A DNA stretch of 64,000 bases from an uncultured delta proteobacterium (GTDB lineage: Bacteria; Myxococcota; Myxococcia; Myxococcales; Anaeromyxobacteraceae): assembly GCA_963766715.1 (NCBI GenBank), contig CAVYBH010000007.1:32001-96000 (forward strand), in the 5' to 3' direction. Numbering within the stretch: position 1 is the first letter of the stretch; each line of letters begins with the position of its first letter. The position numbers and the translations under genes are program-made. Shown here piece by piece: positions 23,204 to 33,920 of the stretch. The notes beneath the pieces were generated by a model. The model was not told the origin of the DNA. It was given only the letters and a program-made list of their open reading frames with translations, and did not search any database.

Positions 23204-23608
23204 GTGAGATCCCCCCGAAGCGCCCGCGCCACAGCTCGCGGCATGACCCTCATCGAGATCATGGTGGTCATCACCATCCTCGGCATCATCGCCGCGGCCG
23301 TGGCGGTGAACGTCGTCGGGCAGCTCGACGACGCCAAGATCAAGCAGGCCAAGACGGACCTGCACACGCTCGAGAACTGCCTCGACCTCTACAAGATCGA
23401 CAAGGGGCGCTACCCGTCCACCGAGGAGGGGCTGCAGGCGGTGGTGTCGGCCGGCAAGTGCAAGGCGCAGCTCAAGGACCCCTGGCAGCACCCCTACGTC
23501 TATCTCTTCCCGGGCCAGGTCCACCCGGATTCCTTCGACATCAAGTCCTACGGGGCCGACGGACAGCAGGGCGGCGAGGGCACCAACGCCGACATCGTCA
23601 ACCCCTGA
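23204..23608 (+). CDS. gspG: Major pseudopilin GspG
   Basis: G|MTLIEIMVV, YPSTEEGLQA, DPWQHPY, SYGADGQQGGEGTNADI. Confidence 0.93.
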   Translation: MRSPRSARATARGMTLIEIMVVITILGIIAAAVAVNVVGQLDDAKIKQAKTDLHTLENCLDLYKIDKGRYPSTEEGLQAVVSAGKCKAQLKDPWQHPYVYLFPGQVHPDSFDIKSYGADGQQGGEGTNADIVNP

Positions 23609-23627
23609 GGGGGACCGGCCGGGAGAG

Positions 23628-24263
23628 ATGCGCCGCGAAGAAGGCCAGCCGAGGGGCTTCACCCTCATCGAGGTCCTCATCGTGGTGGCCGTGATCGGGG
23701 TCATGGCCTTCGCCGCAGCACCCGCGGTGAACTCGCTCACCGGGGCCAACGCCCGCTCCGCGGCCGGGCAGATCGCCGGGGCCTCCCGCTACCTGTTCGA
23801 CACCGCCGCCCTCCGCCACCAGACGTGCCGCCTGGTGGTGGACATGGATCGCCAGGAGTGGTGGGCCGAGTGCACCGAGGCCGGCCCCGGCGGGCGCCGG
23901 AGCCAGCCGGTGGTGGCCAAGGACGGGACGGCCGAGGACGACGAGCGGCTCGCGCGCAGCTTCTCCGACGAGCCCGACGCCGAGAAGCGGCGGTTCCTGT
24001 CCCGGGCCCGCTTCGCCGAGTTCAAGGACCGCCAGGTCCAGAAGCGCAAGCTGGCGGGCAGCGCCACCTTCGAGAAGATCTGGACCCCGCGGCAGCGCGA
24101 TCCCCAGACGAAGGGACGGGCCTACGTCTACTTCTACCCGCAGGGGCTGGCCGATCCGGCGCAGATCCCGGTGGTGGACGGATCCAGCACCTACACGGTG
24201 GTCACCCAGCCGCTCAGCGGACGCGCACGGGTGGTGACGGGCCGCCCGGAGATCCCGCGATGA
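23628..24263 (+). CDS. gspH: Minor pseudopilin GspH
   Basis: G|FTLIEVL motif; operon position. Confidence 0.78.
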   Translation: MRREEGQPRGFTLIEVLIVVAVIGVMAFAAAPAVNSLTGANARSAAGQIAGASRYLFDTAALRHQTCRLVVDMDRQEWWAECTEAGPGGRRSQPVVAKDGTAEDDERLARSFSDEPDAEKRRFLSRARFAEFKDRQVQKRKLAGSATFEKIWTPRQRDPQTKGRAYVYFYPQGLADPAQIPVVDGSSTYTVVTQPLSGRARVVTGRPEIPR

Positions 24264-25000
24264 GCCGCCGCGGCGCCCGGAGCGGCTTCACGCTCCTCGA
24301 GGTGATGGTGGCGCTGGCCGTGCTGGCGGGCGCGCTCATGGCCGTGGCCGACCTGTCCGGGAACGCGCTGCGAAACTTCGGCTACGCGCGGGATCTGTCG
24401 GTCGCGACCCTGCTCGCCCGGGGAAAGATGGCCGAGATCGAGGAGAAGTACGAGGACTCGGGCTTCACCGACTTCGACCAGACCGAGAACGGGACCTTCG
24501 CCGACCAGGGGCAGCCGGGCATGCGGTGGACCCTGGAGCTGAAGAAGCCCGACGGCGACATGTCGCCCCAGCAGCTCCTGGGCGCGTTCCTGGGCACCGG
24601 CGGCGAGGACGTCGGGACCCAGGAGATGCTCGGCAAGCTCCTCGGCGGCGGGTCCGGCTCCGGAGGGAAGGGCGGCCCGAGCTCCGCCGGCCCGGGCGGC
24701 GTGCTGGGCGGCGTCCTGCAGACGCAGCTCACGGCCTTCTCGGAGGAGCTCAAGAAGGGCGTGCGCCGGGCGGTGCTCCGGGTCTCCTGGAAGGACGGGA
24801 AGACCGAGCACGGCTTCGACGTCTCGACCTACATGGTGGTCCTGAACCCCAAGGCGCCGGGTGGCGCCCGCACCGCCGACCCGGACATCCCGCCCAACCT
24901 GGCGGCCCCGACGCGCCCCGGCCGCACGCCCGACCACGCAGCCCCCACCACGCTGCCCGCCACCGGCTCGAAGCTCGGCCTCCCCGGGAGCCTCAAGTGA
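24260..25000 (+). CDS. gspI: Minor pseudopilin GspI
   Basis: G|FTLLEVMVALAV; ATGA overlap with gspH. Confidence 0.78.
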   Translation: MSRRGARSGFTLLEVMVALAVLAGALMAVADLSGNALRNFGYARDLSVATLLARGKMAEIEEKYEDSGFTDFDQTENGTFADQGQPGMRWTLELKKPDGDMSPQQLLGAFLGTGGEDVGTQEMLGKLLGGGSGSGGKGGPSSAGPGGVLGGVLQTQLTAFSEELKKGVRRAVLRVSWKDGKTEHGFDVSTYMVVLNPKAPGGARTADPDIPPNLAAPTRPGRTPDHAAPTTLPATGSKLGLPGSLK

Positions 25001-25662
25001 TCCGGCGGCCGGCACGCGGGTTCACGCTCGTCGAGGTCATGATCGCCATCGGCATCACGGCGGTGATCGGGGCCATGGCGCTGGGCGCCTTCCAGCGCTC
25101 GCACGCCGCGCGGGTGACGGTCGAGGAGCAGGACGAGCGCGTGGCCGGCGCGCGCGGCGCGCTCGGCCGGATGGCCCGCGAGGTGTCGTCCGCCTTCGTG
25201 TCGGAGCACTACGATCGCCTCCGCTACCGGGATCGCCCCACGGTGTTCAAGGGGCGCGACGGCGGCGACCGCGACTCGCTGCTGTTCACGACCATGGGCC
25301 ACACGCGGGGCATCCGCGACGTCCGCGAATCCGACCAGTCGGTGATCGAGTACTACGTGGACGCGGATCCGGAGGCCCCCGGCGAGTACGCCCTCTTCCG
25401 GCGCGAGAAGGTCCGCATCGACGACGAGCCGGACCGGGGCGGGACGAAGGCGGTGCTGCTCCGGCACCTGGTCGGCTTCGACGTGACCTACTGGGACTGG
25501 CAGAAGGAGGAGTGGGCCCGCGACTGGTCGACGGCTCCCGGCGACCGCCCGCTGCTCCCCACCCGCGTCCGGATGAAGCTCACCCTGCGGATGCCGGACG
25601 GCACGAACCGCAGCTTCGAGACGCAGGCCCGGATCGCCATCGTGAGACCCCTCGACTTCTGA
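24997..25662 (+). CDS. gspJ: Minor pseudopilin GspJ
   Basis: G|FTLVEVMIAIGI; C-terminal W..DW...LPTRVRMKL. Confidence 0.82.
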   Translation: MIRRPARGFTLVEVMIAIGITAVIGAMALGAFQRSHAARVTVEEQDERVAGARGALGRMAREVSSAFVSEHYDRLRYRDRPTVFKGRDGGDRDSLLFTTMGHTRGIRDVRESDQSVIEYYVDADPEAPGEYALFRREKVRIDDEPDRGGTKAVLLRHLVGFDVTYWDWQKEEWARDWSTAPGDRPLLPTRVRMKLTLRMPDGTNRSFETQARIAIVRPLDF

Positions 25663-26965
25663 TGACGAGCGCACCGCACACCAGGCGCCCCGAGCGCGGA
25701 GCCGCCCTCCTCCTCGTCCTCATGGTGGTGGCGATCGTGACCGTGCTGGCCACGGAGCTGGCCTACGACACGCGGGTCTCCCTGCAGATCGCGGCCAACG
25801 CCCGGGACGAGCTGCGGGCCTCGTACCAGGCGCGCGGGGCGGTGGCGCTCTCCCGGCTGGTGCTCCACTTCCAGGCGCGGCTCGACCAGGCCGGAGGCGC
25901 CGCCTCGCAGTTCATCGCCGGGGCGTCGGCCGCGGTGGGTGGGCAGGCGGCGTCGCCGGTCCCGCAGGGGTCCTTCTCCTTCCGCCTCTGGGACGCGATC
26001 CCGGTGGACTCGACGGCCATGGGGCTCCTGCTCGGCACGGGGAGCGCCGGGGGCACGGGGGCGGCAAGGGCGCGCCGCCGGGCGCGAAGGACGGACCGCC
26101 GGGCGCCGCGGCCCCGCGCGGCCCGGGCGACGAGAGCTTCCAGGCCACCATCGACGACGAGGACCGCAAGGTGAACGTCTCGCAGCTGGCCGGCCTCTCC
26201 ACCGTCTCCGGCGCGCAGCTGCAGCGGTTCCTCCTGGCCGTGCGGGATCCCCGGTACGACGTCCTCTTCGACCGGGAGGACGAGCTCGGGAACCGGCTCT
26301 CCCGGCGCGACGTGGCGGTGGCGCTGCGGGACTGGGTGGACGAGGACGCGACCACGAGCGTCATCGGCATCAAGCCGGGCGCGCCGTTCGAGAACGGCTT
26401 CGGGGACGAGAACCAGTACTACGACCGCGGCGAGGACCGGTACCGGGCGAAGAACGCCCGCTTCGACTCGCTCGACGAGCTGTACCTGGTGGCCGGGATC
26501 GGCGACGCCTTCATGGCCGCCTTCGGGGACCACCTGACCGTCTACCCCGACGTGAACGCCCCCACGAACGTCAACACCAGCGACCCGGAGCAGGTGCTCG
26601 TGAACGCGCTCCTCATGTCCGATCCCCCGGGCGTCCCCCAGCCGCCGCTGCTCGACCCCGCCTTCACGCAGAAGCTCGACCTGGCCCTCCGGCTGGCGCG
26701 ACCGCTCCCCTTCATGACCATCACGGTCCAGCAGTTCGCCACCGTGCTGCAGGCCCTGGGCATCCGGGTCCAGCCCATCTTCCTCCAGGCCCAGAACACC
26801 GACACCCGCAGCCCCTTCGGCAACACCTCGAGCACCTTCAACATCCGCGCGACCGGCCGGGCCGGCAACGTGGAGAAGACCATCGAAGCGGTCGTCACCA
26901 TGGACGCCCGCGCCGGCAAGCTGCAGGGTGACCTGGGCCGGCTTCTCCACTGGCGCGAGGACTGA
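25662..26965 (+). CDS. gspK: Minor pseudopilin GspK; frameshift near 26060-26130
   Basis: RGAALLLVL, DEDRKVNV, DWVDED, FDSLDELYLVAG, NVNT. Confidence 0.87.
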
Positions 26966-26967
26966 CC

Positions 26968-28548
26968 ATGTCCCATCCCATTCTCGGACTCGACCTCGGC
27001 TCGCGGCGCGTGAAGGCCGTCGTGCTCGAGACCACCCTTCGCGGGTTCACGGTGACCGGCGCTGCCGAGATTGCCGTCCCCGCCGCTGCGGACGGCGCTC
27101 CGTCCGCCCCGGAGCGCATCTCCGCCGCGCTGCGCGACCTGCTCGCCGAGCGGGGCTGGCCCTCGGACGCGGCCGGCGTCGCCTCCCTGCCGGGCCTGGC
27201 GGCCGCCTCCCACCTCGTCACCCTGCCCTTCTCCGACGCGCGGCGCATCGAGCAGACGGTGCAGTACGAGGTCGAGGCGGCCATTCCCTTCGACCTCGAC
27301 CAGGTGGCCTGGGACTGGCAGCCCCTCGACACCCAGCCCGGGCGTTCCGACCTCTTCATCGGCGTGGCGCGCCGCGACGAGCTGGGGGCCCTGGTCTCGG
27401 CGCTGGCGGCCGTCGGGGTGGACCCGGCGGTGGTGGTCCCGGGCGGCCCGGCGCTCGCGGCGCTCTGGGCGGCCGGCGCGGTGGCCGATCCGGCCGCGGC
27501 CGGGGACGCCGAGCTCGTGGTCGACGTCGGGTCGGAGCGAACCCACGTCTGCGTGGTCTCGGAGGGGCGCTGCCTCTTCGCGCGCACCTTCGCCTCCGGG
27601 TCGGCCACCTTGATCCGCGGCGCGGCGCGGCATGCCGGGCTCGACCCCGGCGCGCTGGAGCCCGAGGAGGGGCGCCCCGGCTGGCTCTCCGGACCGGGCG
27701 GCGACGCATCGCTGCGGGCCGGCATGGCGCCCCTGATCCGGGAGCTCCGGGCCACGGTTCGCGCCTTCGAGGCCCGCCCCTCCCGCCGGCCGGTGGTGCG
27801 GATCCGGCTCGCCGGCGGCGTGGCCGGGTGGCCCGGGCTGGCGGCGGCCGTCGGCGAGGAGCTGGCCGTCCCCTCCGAGCCCCTTCGCCTCGCCGGTCCG
27901 GCGGCGGACGTGATCGGCCCCGACGAGGCGCCGCGCTACGCGCTCGCGCTCGCGCTCGCGCTGCGCGGCTGGCTCGGCACCCGCTTCCAGCGCCTCAACC
28001 TGCGGCGGGGCGCGCTCGCGAGCACGCGCAGCACCCAGAACGTGCGGGAGCGCCTCCAGCGGATCGCGGTCTACGCCTCGCTCGTGCTGCTCCTCGCGGT
28101 GGTGTCGTCGATCGTGAAGGTGGTGGCCCTGAACCGGCAGGAGAAGCTCCTCGACCAGGCGATGTGCGACGTGACGCAGAAGGTGGTCGGGAAGTGCTTC
28201 GACGACTTCGCGATGGCCGAGTCGGTGCTGCGCGGCCGCGGGACGGCCGGGGCCTCGATCCCGCGCGTCTCGGCGGCCGGCGTGCTGGCCGAGCTGGCCG
28301 CGCGCGCGCCGGGGGTGCAGCTCCGCTTCGACCGGATCGAGATCAGCCGGGAGAAGCTGCACCTCCAGGGGACCACCGACGCTCCCGAGAACGTCGACCG
28401 GATCGTCGGCGCGCTGCGGGGATCGCGCTGCTTCCCCGACGCCCGCTCCGGCGGCGCGCGCAAGCGGGGCACCGAGCAGAAGTTCGAGTTCACGGTGGAC
28501 GCCGACATCGCCTGCGAGGGCGCGCCGGCGGCCGGAGGCAAGGGCTAG
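26968..28548 (+). CDS. gspL: Type II secretion protein GspL (PilM-like actin fold plus PilN-like periplasmic part)
   Basis: LGLDLGSRRVKAV, LAGG, NLRRG, single TM; operon position. Confidence 0.82.
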   Translation: MSHPILGLDLGSRRVKAVVLETTLRGFTVTGAAEIAVPAAADGAPSAPERISAALRDLLAERGWPSDAAGVASLPGLAAASHLVTLPFSDARRIEQTVQYEVEAAIPFDLDQVAWDWQPLDTQPGRSDLFIGVARRDELGALVSALAAVGVDPAVVVPGGPALAALWAAGAVADPAAAGDAELVVDVGSERTHVCVVSEGRCLFARTFASGSATLIRGAARHAGLDPGALEPEEGRPGWLSGPGGDASLRAGMAPLIRELRATVRAFEARPSRRPVVRIRLAGGVAGWPGLAAAVGEELAVPSEPLRLAGPAADVIGPDEAPRYALALALALRGWLGTRFQRLNLRRGALASTRSTQNVRERLQRIAVYASLVLLLAVVSSIVKVVALNRQEKLLDQAMCDVTQKVVGKCFDDFAMAESVLRGRGTAGASIPRVSAAGVLAELAARAPGVQLRFDRIEISREKLHLQGTTDAPENVDRIVGALRGSRCFPDARSGGARKRGTEQKFEFTVDADIACEGAPAAGGKG

Positions 28549-28550
28549 CC

Positions 28551-29105
28551 ATGGAGACACTGCGCAAGCTCCGCGCCTCCCTCGAGGCCTTCCTGTCCCG
28601 GCTCTCCCCGCGCGAGCGGGTCATGGTGTCGGCGGCGGCGGCGGCGGTGGCCGCCTTCTTCCTCTTCCTCGTGATCACCGGCGTGTCCCGGTCCATCGTC
28701 GCCCGCGAGCGGCGCATCGAGGCGAAGACCGAGATGCTCGCCCAGATCGGCAAGCTGACCCGCGGCTACCGGCAGGCCCAGGCCGAGCGGCAGTCGCTCG
28801 ACGCCCGCCTGAAGGGGCCCCCGGTGCAGCTCATGAGCTTCGTCTCCCAGACCGGGGCCCAGTCCGGCGTGGAGGTGAACGACCTGCGGCCCGGCACGCC
28901 CGTCGTCGCCGAGGGGCTCACCGAGGAGAGCGTCGAGGTGAACCTGGCCCGCATCGACCTGCCGAGGCTGGCCCGCCTGGTCGAGGCCCTGGAGCGAGGT
29001 CCGGGCGTCGTCAAGGTCCGCAAGATCCGGATCGCGACGCGGAACGACGATCCCAACCTCGTCGACGTCACGCTCCAGGTCTCCACCTGGCAGCAGAAGA
29101 GCTAG
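28551..29105 (+). CDS. gspM: Type II secretion protein GspM
   Basis: LSPRER before a TM helix; operon position. Confidence 0.82.
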   Translation: METLRKLRASLEAFLSRLSPRERVMVSAAAAAVAAFFLFLVITGVSRSIVARERRIEAKTEMLAQIGKLTRGYRQAQAERQSLDARLKGPPVQLMSFVSQTGAQSGVEVNDLRPGTPVVAEGLTEESVEVNLARIDLPRLARLVEALERGPGVVKVRKIRIATRNDDPNLVDVTLQVSTWQQKS

Positions 29106-29113
29106 GAGGCCGC

Positions 29114-30040
29114 GTGAAGATCGCCCTGCCGAACTGGAAGCTCGTGGGCTGGAGGCGGAACGCCGCCTACGCGGCCTTCTTCGTCGTGGCCTTCCTGGTG
29201 TCGCTGCGCCTCACCTTCCCCGTCGAGGCGGTGAAGGAGCGGCTCATCCTGGACGCCGCGGCCCAGGGGTACCAGGTCAAGGTGAACGACCTCTCGCCCT
29301 CCGGCCTGCTGGGCGTTCGCGCGAAGGAGATGACGATCCTCGGCTCCGACGGGACCCGCATCCCGGTCGAGGACCTCCGGGTCGGGTTGCGCCTCTGGCC
29401 GACCTTGCGCGGACACCGCGCGCTCGACTTCGACGCCCGCCTCTTCGACGGGCGGGTGACCGGGTACAGCGACCAGTCGTCGACCCTCCAGCGCTACCAG
29501 GCCCGGATCACCGGGATCGACCTGCGGCGGGCCGGTCCGCTGCGCCAGGCGACGGGGCTCGACCTCGCCGGGATCCTCACCGGCGACCTCGACGTCGCGC
29601 TCGACGTGAAGGACCCCATGAAGAGCACGGGCACGCTCGAGTTCCACGTGAAGGACGCGGCCATCCTGGGCGGCAAGCTTCCCGTGCCGGGGATGGAGGG
29701 CGGCTTCAGCGTTCCGCCGATCCGGCTCGGCGCGGTGGACGCCCGCGGAACCGTCAAGAACGGACGGGCCGACTTCGGGACGCTCGAGGCCAAGGGAGAC
29801 GACGTGCTCGTCACCGCCGACCAGGTCTTCGTGCAGCTGCAGCCCCGCCTCGACTACTCGGCCCTGAACGGCAGGGCCCGCGTCCGGCCCACCGACGCCT
29901 TCTGGAAGACCGAGAAGATGGCGCTCATCCGCCCCCTCCTCGAGCAGGGGCTGGCCTCCGCCAAGGCGCGGGACGGCGGGTACGGTTTCCAGATCTACGG
30001 GACGGTCGGGAAGCCCCAGGCCCGCCCCATGGCCTTCTGA
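29114..30040 (+). CDS. gspN: Type II secretion protein GspN
   Basis: N-terminal TM followed by TFP; beta-rich; last gene of cluster. Confidence 0.75.
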   Translation: MKIALPNWKLVGWRRNAAYAAFFVVAFLVSLRLTFPVEAVKERLILDAAAQGYQVKVNDLSPSGLLGVRAKEMTILGSDGTRIPVEDLRVGLRLWPTLRGHRALDFDARLFDGRVTGYSDQSSTLQRYQARITGIDLRRAGPLRQATGLDLAGILTGDLDVALDVKDPMKSTGTLEFHVKDAAILGGKLPVPGMEGGFSVPPIRLGAVDARGTVKNGRADFGTLEAKGDDVLVTADQVFVQLQPRLDYSALNGRARVRPTDAFWKTEKMALIRPLLEQGLASAKARDGGYGFQIYGTVGKPQARPMAF

Positions 30041-30167
30041 TCGGGGCGGTCTCCGGGCCCCCCTCTGCTGAGGGTGAATTGATCCCCGGAGTGGCCATAC
30101 ATGACGTGCCATGCAAGGTTCCGTTTTTCCTCGGAGATCCGGCGCGTCTCGGCAAATTCTCTCTAGA

Positions 30168-30211
30168 TATCAAGGACTTGCCTTGAAAGACCCCCAGGGG
30201 CGTGCTATCCG
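30168..30211 (+). promoter_or_regulatory. IHF consensus site and putative sigma70 promoter of smc
   Basis: TATCAAGGACTTG (WATCAA-N4-TTR) at 30168-30180; TTGAAA-17 bp-TATCCG with TG extension. Confidence 0.5.
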
Positions 30212-30217
30212 ACCGGG

Positions 30218-33200
30218 ATGCGGATTCGCCGTCTGGAGATGGTGGGCTTCAAGTCCTTCATGGACCGAACGGTCGTCGTCTTCGACGAGGGCGTGACGGG
30301 CGTCGTCGGGCCGAACGGCTGCGGGAAGTCCAACGTCGCCGACGCCATCCGCTGGGTCCTCGGGGAGCAGTCCGCCCTGCGGCTCCGCGGGCGCTCGATG
30401 GAGGACGTGATCTTCAACGGGTCCGAGTCGAAGCCCCCGCAGTCGCTCGCCGAGGTGACGATCACCTTCGAGAACGACCGGCCCACCGAGCTCCCCGCCG
30501 CCTTCCAGGGCCTGGCCGAGATCACCGTCGGGCGAAGGCTCCACCGGACCGGCGAGTCGGACTACCTGGTGAACCGGGCGCCGGCGCGGCTCCTCGACGT
30601 GAACGACATCTTCTTCGGCTCCGGGGTCGGTCGCACCGCCTACTCGATCATCGAGCAGGGGCGAATCGGCCAGATCGTGTCGGCCCGGGCCGAGGACCGC
30701 CGCTCCGTGATCGAGGAGGCGGCCGGGATCACCAAGTACAAGAAGCGCCGGGAAGCCGCCGAGCGGAAGATGGAGGCCACCCGGCACAACCTCGAGCGGG
30801 TCACCGACATCGTCCTCGAGCTGGGCAAGCAGCTCGACTCGCTCAACCGCCAGGCCCGGAAGGCCGAGCGCTACCGCGCCCTGAAGGCCCAGATCCGGGA
30901 GCTGGAGCTCCACGTGGGCGCCACCCGATGGCTGGAGCTGACCGTCGGGCGCCGGGAGGCCGAGGAGCGTCACGCGGCTGGCGCGGGCCGAGGAGGCCGA
31001 GATCGCCGCGCGGCTCACCCAGATCGACGTCGCCCTCGAGGCCGACCGGGCGCTGCTCGCCGAGCGGGAGCTCTCCCTGCAGCAGCTCACCGACCGGGAG
31101 CACGAGCTGGAGAGCCAGGGGCGCGTGTCGGCGGTCTCCACCGAGGCCGCCGAGCGGGAGCTCGACCAGATCGCCGAGCGCTCGCGCGGCCAGGCCTCCG
31201 AGGTCGAGATCCTGAAGGTCCAGGCCGACGCGCTCACCGCCGAGCGGGATGCCCTGCTGCGGCAGCGCGAGGAGCTCGCCAGCCTGTCCGGCACCGACGA
31301 GGCCCGGCTGGCGGATCTCGAGAACGCGCTCCGCGCGGCTGCGTCCGAGGAGGCCGCTGCTCGCCACCGAGACCGAGTCCGCCCGCGCCGACGGCGCCGA
31401 CGCCCACGGCCGCGCCGCGGCGCGCCGCAGCGCGCTCGCGCAGGTCGAGCGGCAGCGGGCCGACCTCCAGTCGCGCCTGGCGCGCGTTCGCGCCGAGATC
31501 GACGAGCTGGCCTCCCGGGCGACCTCGCTCGACGGCTCCCGCTCGGCCCACGTCGAGAAGCTGGGGAAGACCCGCCAGCTCAAGCTCCACCTCGAGGAGC
31601 AGCGCGGCGCCCAGGAGGGGTTGCTCGACCGCACCCGCTCCGAGTTCATCCAGAACGAGGCCCGGCTCATCACGCTCCGCGAGGAGCTCTCCGACCGGCG
31701 CGCCCGCCTCCAGTCGCTGCAGGAGGTCCTGCGGAACTACGAGGGCTACGGCCGCGGCGTGCGCAGCCTGATGACGCGTGCGCGCTCCGCCGACGGGACC
31801 GAGGGCGGCGTGATGGGGCTCGTCGCCGACGTCATGACGGTGCCGGCCGAGTACGAGAACGCCGTGGAGGCGGTGCTCGGCGAGCGGCTCCAGTACGTCA
31901 TCGTCGAGAGCCACAGCCAGGGCGTCGAGGCCATCGACTTCCTCAAGTCGGCCGCCGAGGGGCGCGCCTCGCTCATTCCCCTGCTCCGCCTGCGCGACGG
32001 GGACGGCTCGACCGCCGCACCCGACCGGTCGCACCCCGGCTTCGTGGCCGGCTGCCTGGACGTGGTGGGCTTCGACCCGTCCTACGAGCGGCTGGCCCGA
32101 TTCCTCCTGGGCGACGCGGCCATCGTCCGCGACCTCTCCAGCGCGCTCGAGATCTGGCAGTCGGGCGGTCGCGCCGGCACGCTCGTGACGCTGGACGGCG
32201 AGGTGCTCGACCCGCACGGCGTGGTCACCGGCGGCCCGCTCGAGGGCGAGGGGCACGGCGCCCTGCAGCGGCGCCGCGAGGTGCAGGAGCTCACCGACAC
32301 CGTGCGGGCCTTCGAGGCCGACTTCGCCCTCGCCCAGGAACGCCACCGGACCCTGCAGTCGCGCCTCCTGCAGCTCGAGACCGCCCTCAAGTCCATCGAC
32401 CGGGACAACCGGGAGAAGGACCTGGCGCTCGTGACCCAGGAGAAGGACCTGGCCCGCGTGGGCGAGGAGCTGGAGCGGGTGGCCGAGCGGGTGGGCCAGC
32501 TGGAGCTGGAGCGGGGCGGCATGGAGGACTCGCTGGCGGGCCTGGCCCGCGAGGAGGAGGCGCACCAGGTCGAGGCGGCCACCGCCGAGGCCGAGCGGGC
32601 GCGCCACGAGGATCGGGCCCGGGACGCGGCCAGCCGGCTCGACGAGCTCCGCCTGCGCGGAGAGGCCCTCCACGCCGAGGTCCTCGAGGTGAAGGTCAAG
32701 GTCGCCTCCGAGCGGGAGCGGCGCGACGGCATCGGGGAGTCGCTCCGGCGGATCGAGGAGGCCCAGCGCGCCGCCGAGGAGCGCCGGGTCCGGCTCTTCG
32801 CCGCCTTGAGCGAGGGGAACGGCCGCGCCACCGACCTGCGCGCCAGCATGGAAGGCGCCCGCGGGGACGTGGCCCGGCTCGGCGCCGAGCTCGCGCGGGT
32901 CCGGGAGGTCCTCGCCGCCGAGCGAGGCGCCCACCAGGACGCCGTCGCCAAGGCGCGGTCCGCCGAGGTCGAGGCCAGGGACCTGCGCAAGCGCGCGGAG
33001 GCCCTCGCCCAGGGCGCCAGCGACGCGGCCCTCACCGCCCGGGAGCAGGCGCTCGAGCTGACCCACCTCGAGGAGCAGATCCGCGAGCGCTGCCAGGCCG
33101 AGCTGCGGGACGAGCTGCTCCGGTTCCACGCCGAGCGGCCGCCCGGCGAGGCCGAACGGCGCAAGCTCGAAGACCTGAAGACGCAGGCCGAGCGCATGGG

Positions 33201-33813
33201 CGCCATCAACCTCACCGCCATCGAGGAGTACGACGACCTGGCGCGCCGCCACACCTTCCTCGGAGAGCAGAAGGCGGACCTCGAGGCGTCGCTGGCCGAC
33301 CTCCAGAAGGCCATCGCGAAGATCAACCGGGCGTCCCGCGACCGCTTCCGCGAGACCTTCGACCGGGTGAACGAGAAGTTCCAGCAGGTCTTCCCGCGCC
33401 TCTTCAACGGCGGCCGGGCAGGCCTGGTGCTCACCCAGGACGGCGACGATCAGGCGGGCGGCGTGGAGATCTTCGCGCAGCCGCCGGGCAAGAAGCTGGT
33501 CAGCGTGAACCTGCTCTCCGGCGGAGAGAAGGCGCTCACCGCCGTGTCGCTCATCTTCGCCATCTTCCTCATCAAGCCCTCGCCCTTCTGCCTCCTCGAC
33601 GAGGTGGACGCGCCGCTCGACGACGCCAACGTCGGCCGCTACAACGAGCTGGTCCGGGAGATGGCCAAGGCCTCGCAGTTCATCCTCATCACCCACAACA
33701 AGCGCACCATGGAGATGGTGGACACGCTCTACGGGGTGACGATGGAGGAGCCGGGCGTCTCCAAGCTCGTGTCGGTGCGCCTCGCCGGCGGCGGACGGTC
33801 GGCCGCGGCCTAG
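30218..33813 (+). CDS. smc: Chromosome segregation protein SMC; frameshifts near 30980 and 31355
   Basis: [14 protein letters not shown], coiled coils, hinge, [15 protein letters not shown]. Confidence 0.96.
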
Positions 33814-33849
33814 TCCCGGGCGAGCCCGGAAACCCGCACCGCCGCCTCG

Positions 33850-33879
33850 TTGACACCGCGGCGGCGGCGGCCCTATATC
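33850..33879 (+). promoter_or_regulatory. Putative sigma70 promoter of ftsY
   Basis: TTGACA-18 bp-TATATC. Confidence 0.45.
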
Positions 33880-33920
33880 CTCACCCTTCCTCGTCATTTT
33901 CCCTTTCGCCCGGGTCCCAA

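Noticed and set aside
23204..23260. Met rather than Phe at +1 of GspG
   Set aside because: Met is a tolerated +1 residue in prepilin peptidase substrates; Gly-1 and Glu+5 are intact.
16247..23608. 2453-aa ORF that looks like a GspD-GspE-GspG fusion
   Set aside because: Chance stop-free frame in GC-rich DNA plus frameshifts; separate starts and stops exist for each gene, and the parts over gspC and gspF are off-frame junk.
16380..30040. Absence of gspO from the T2SS operon
   Set aside because: Commonly supplied by the shared T4P prepilin peptidase PilD; not unusual.
30092..30120. GTGCCA/TGCAA elements upstream of smc as a sigma54 promoter
   Set aside because: GG-N10-GC geometry is not satisfied on either strand.
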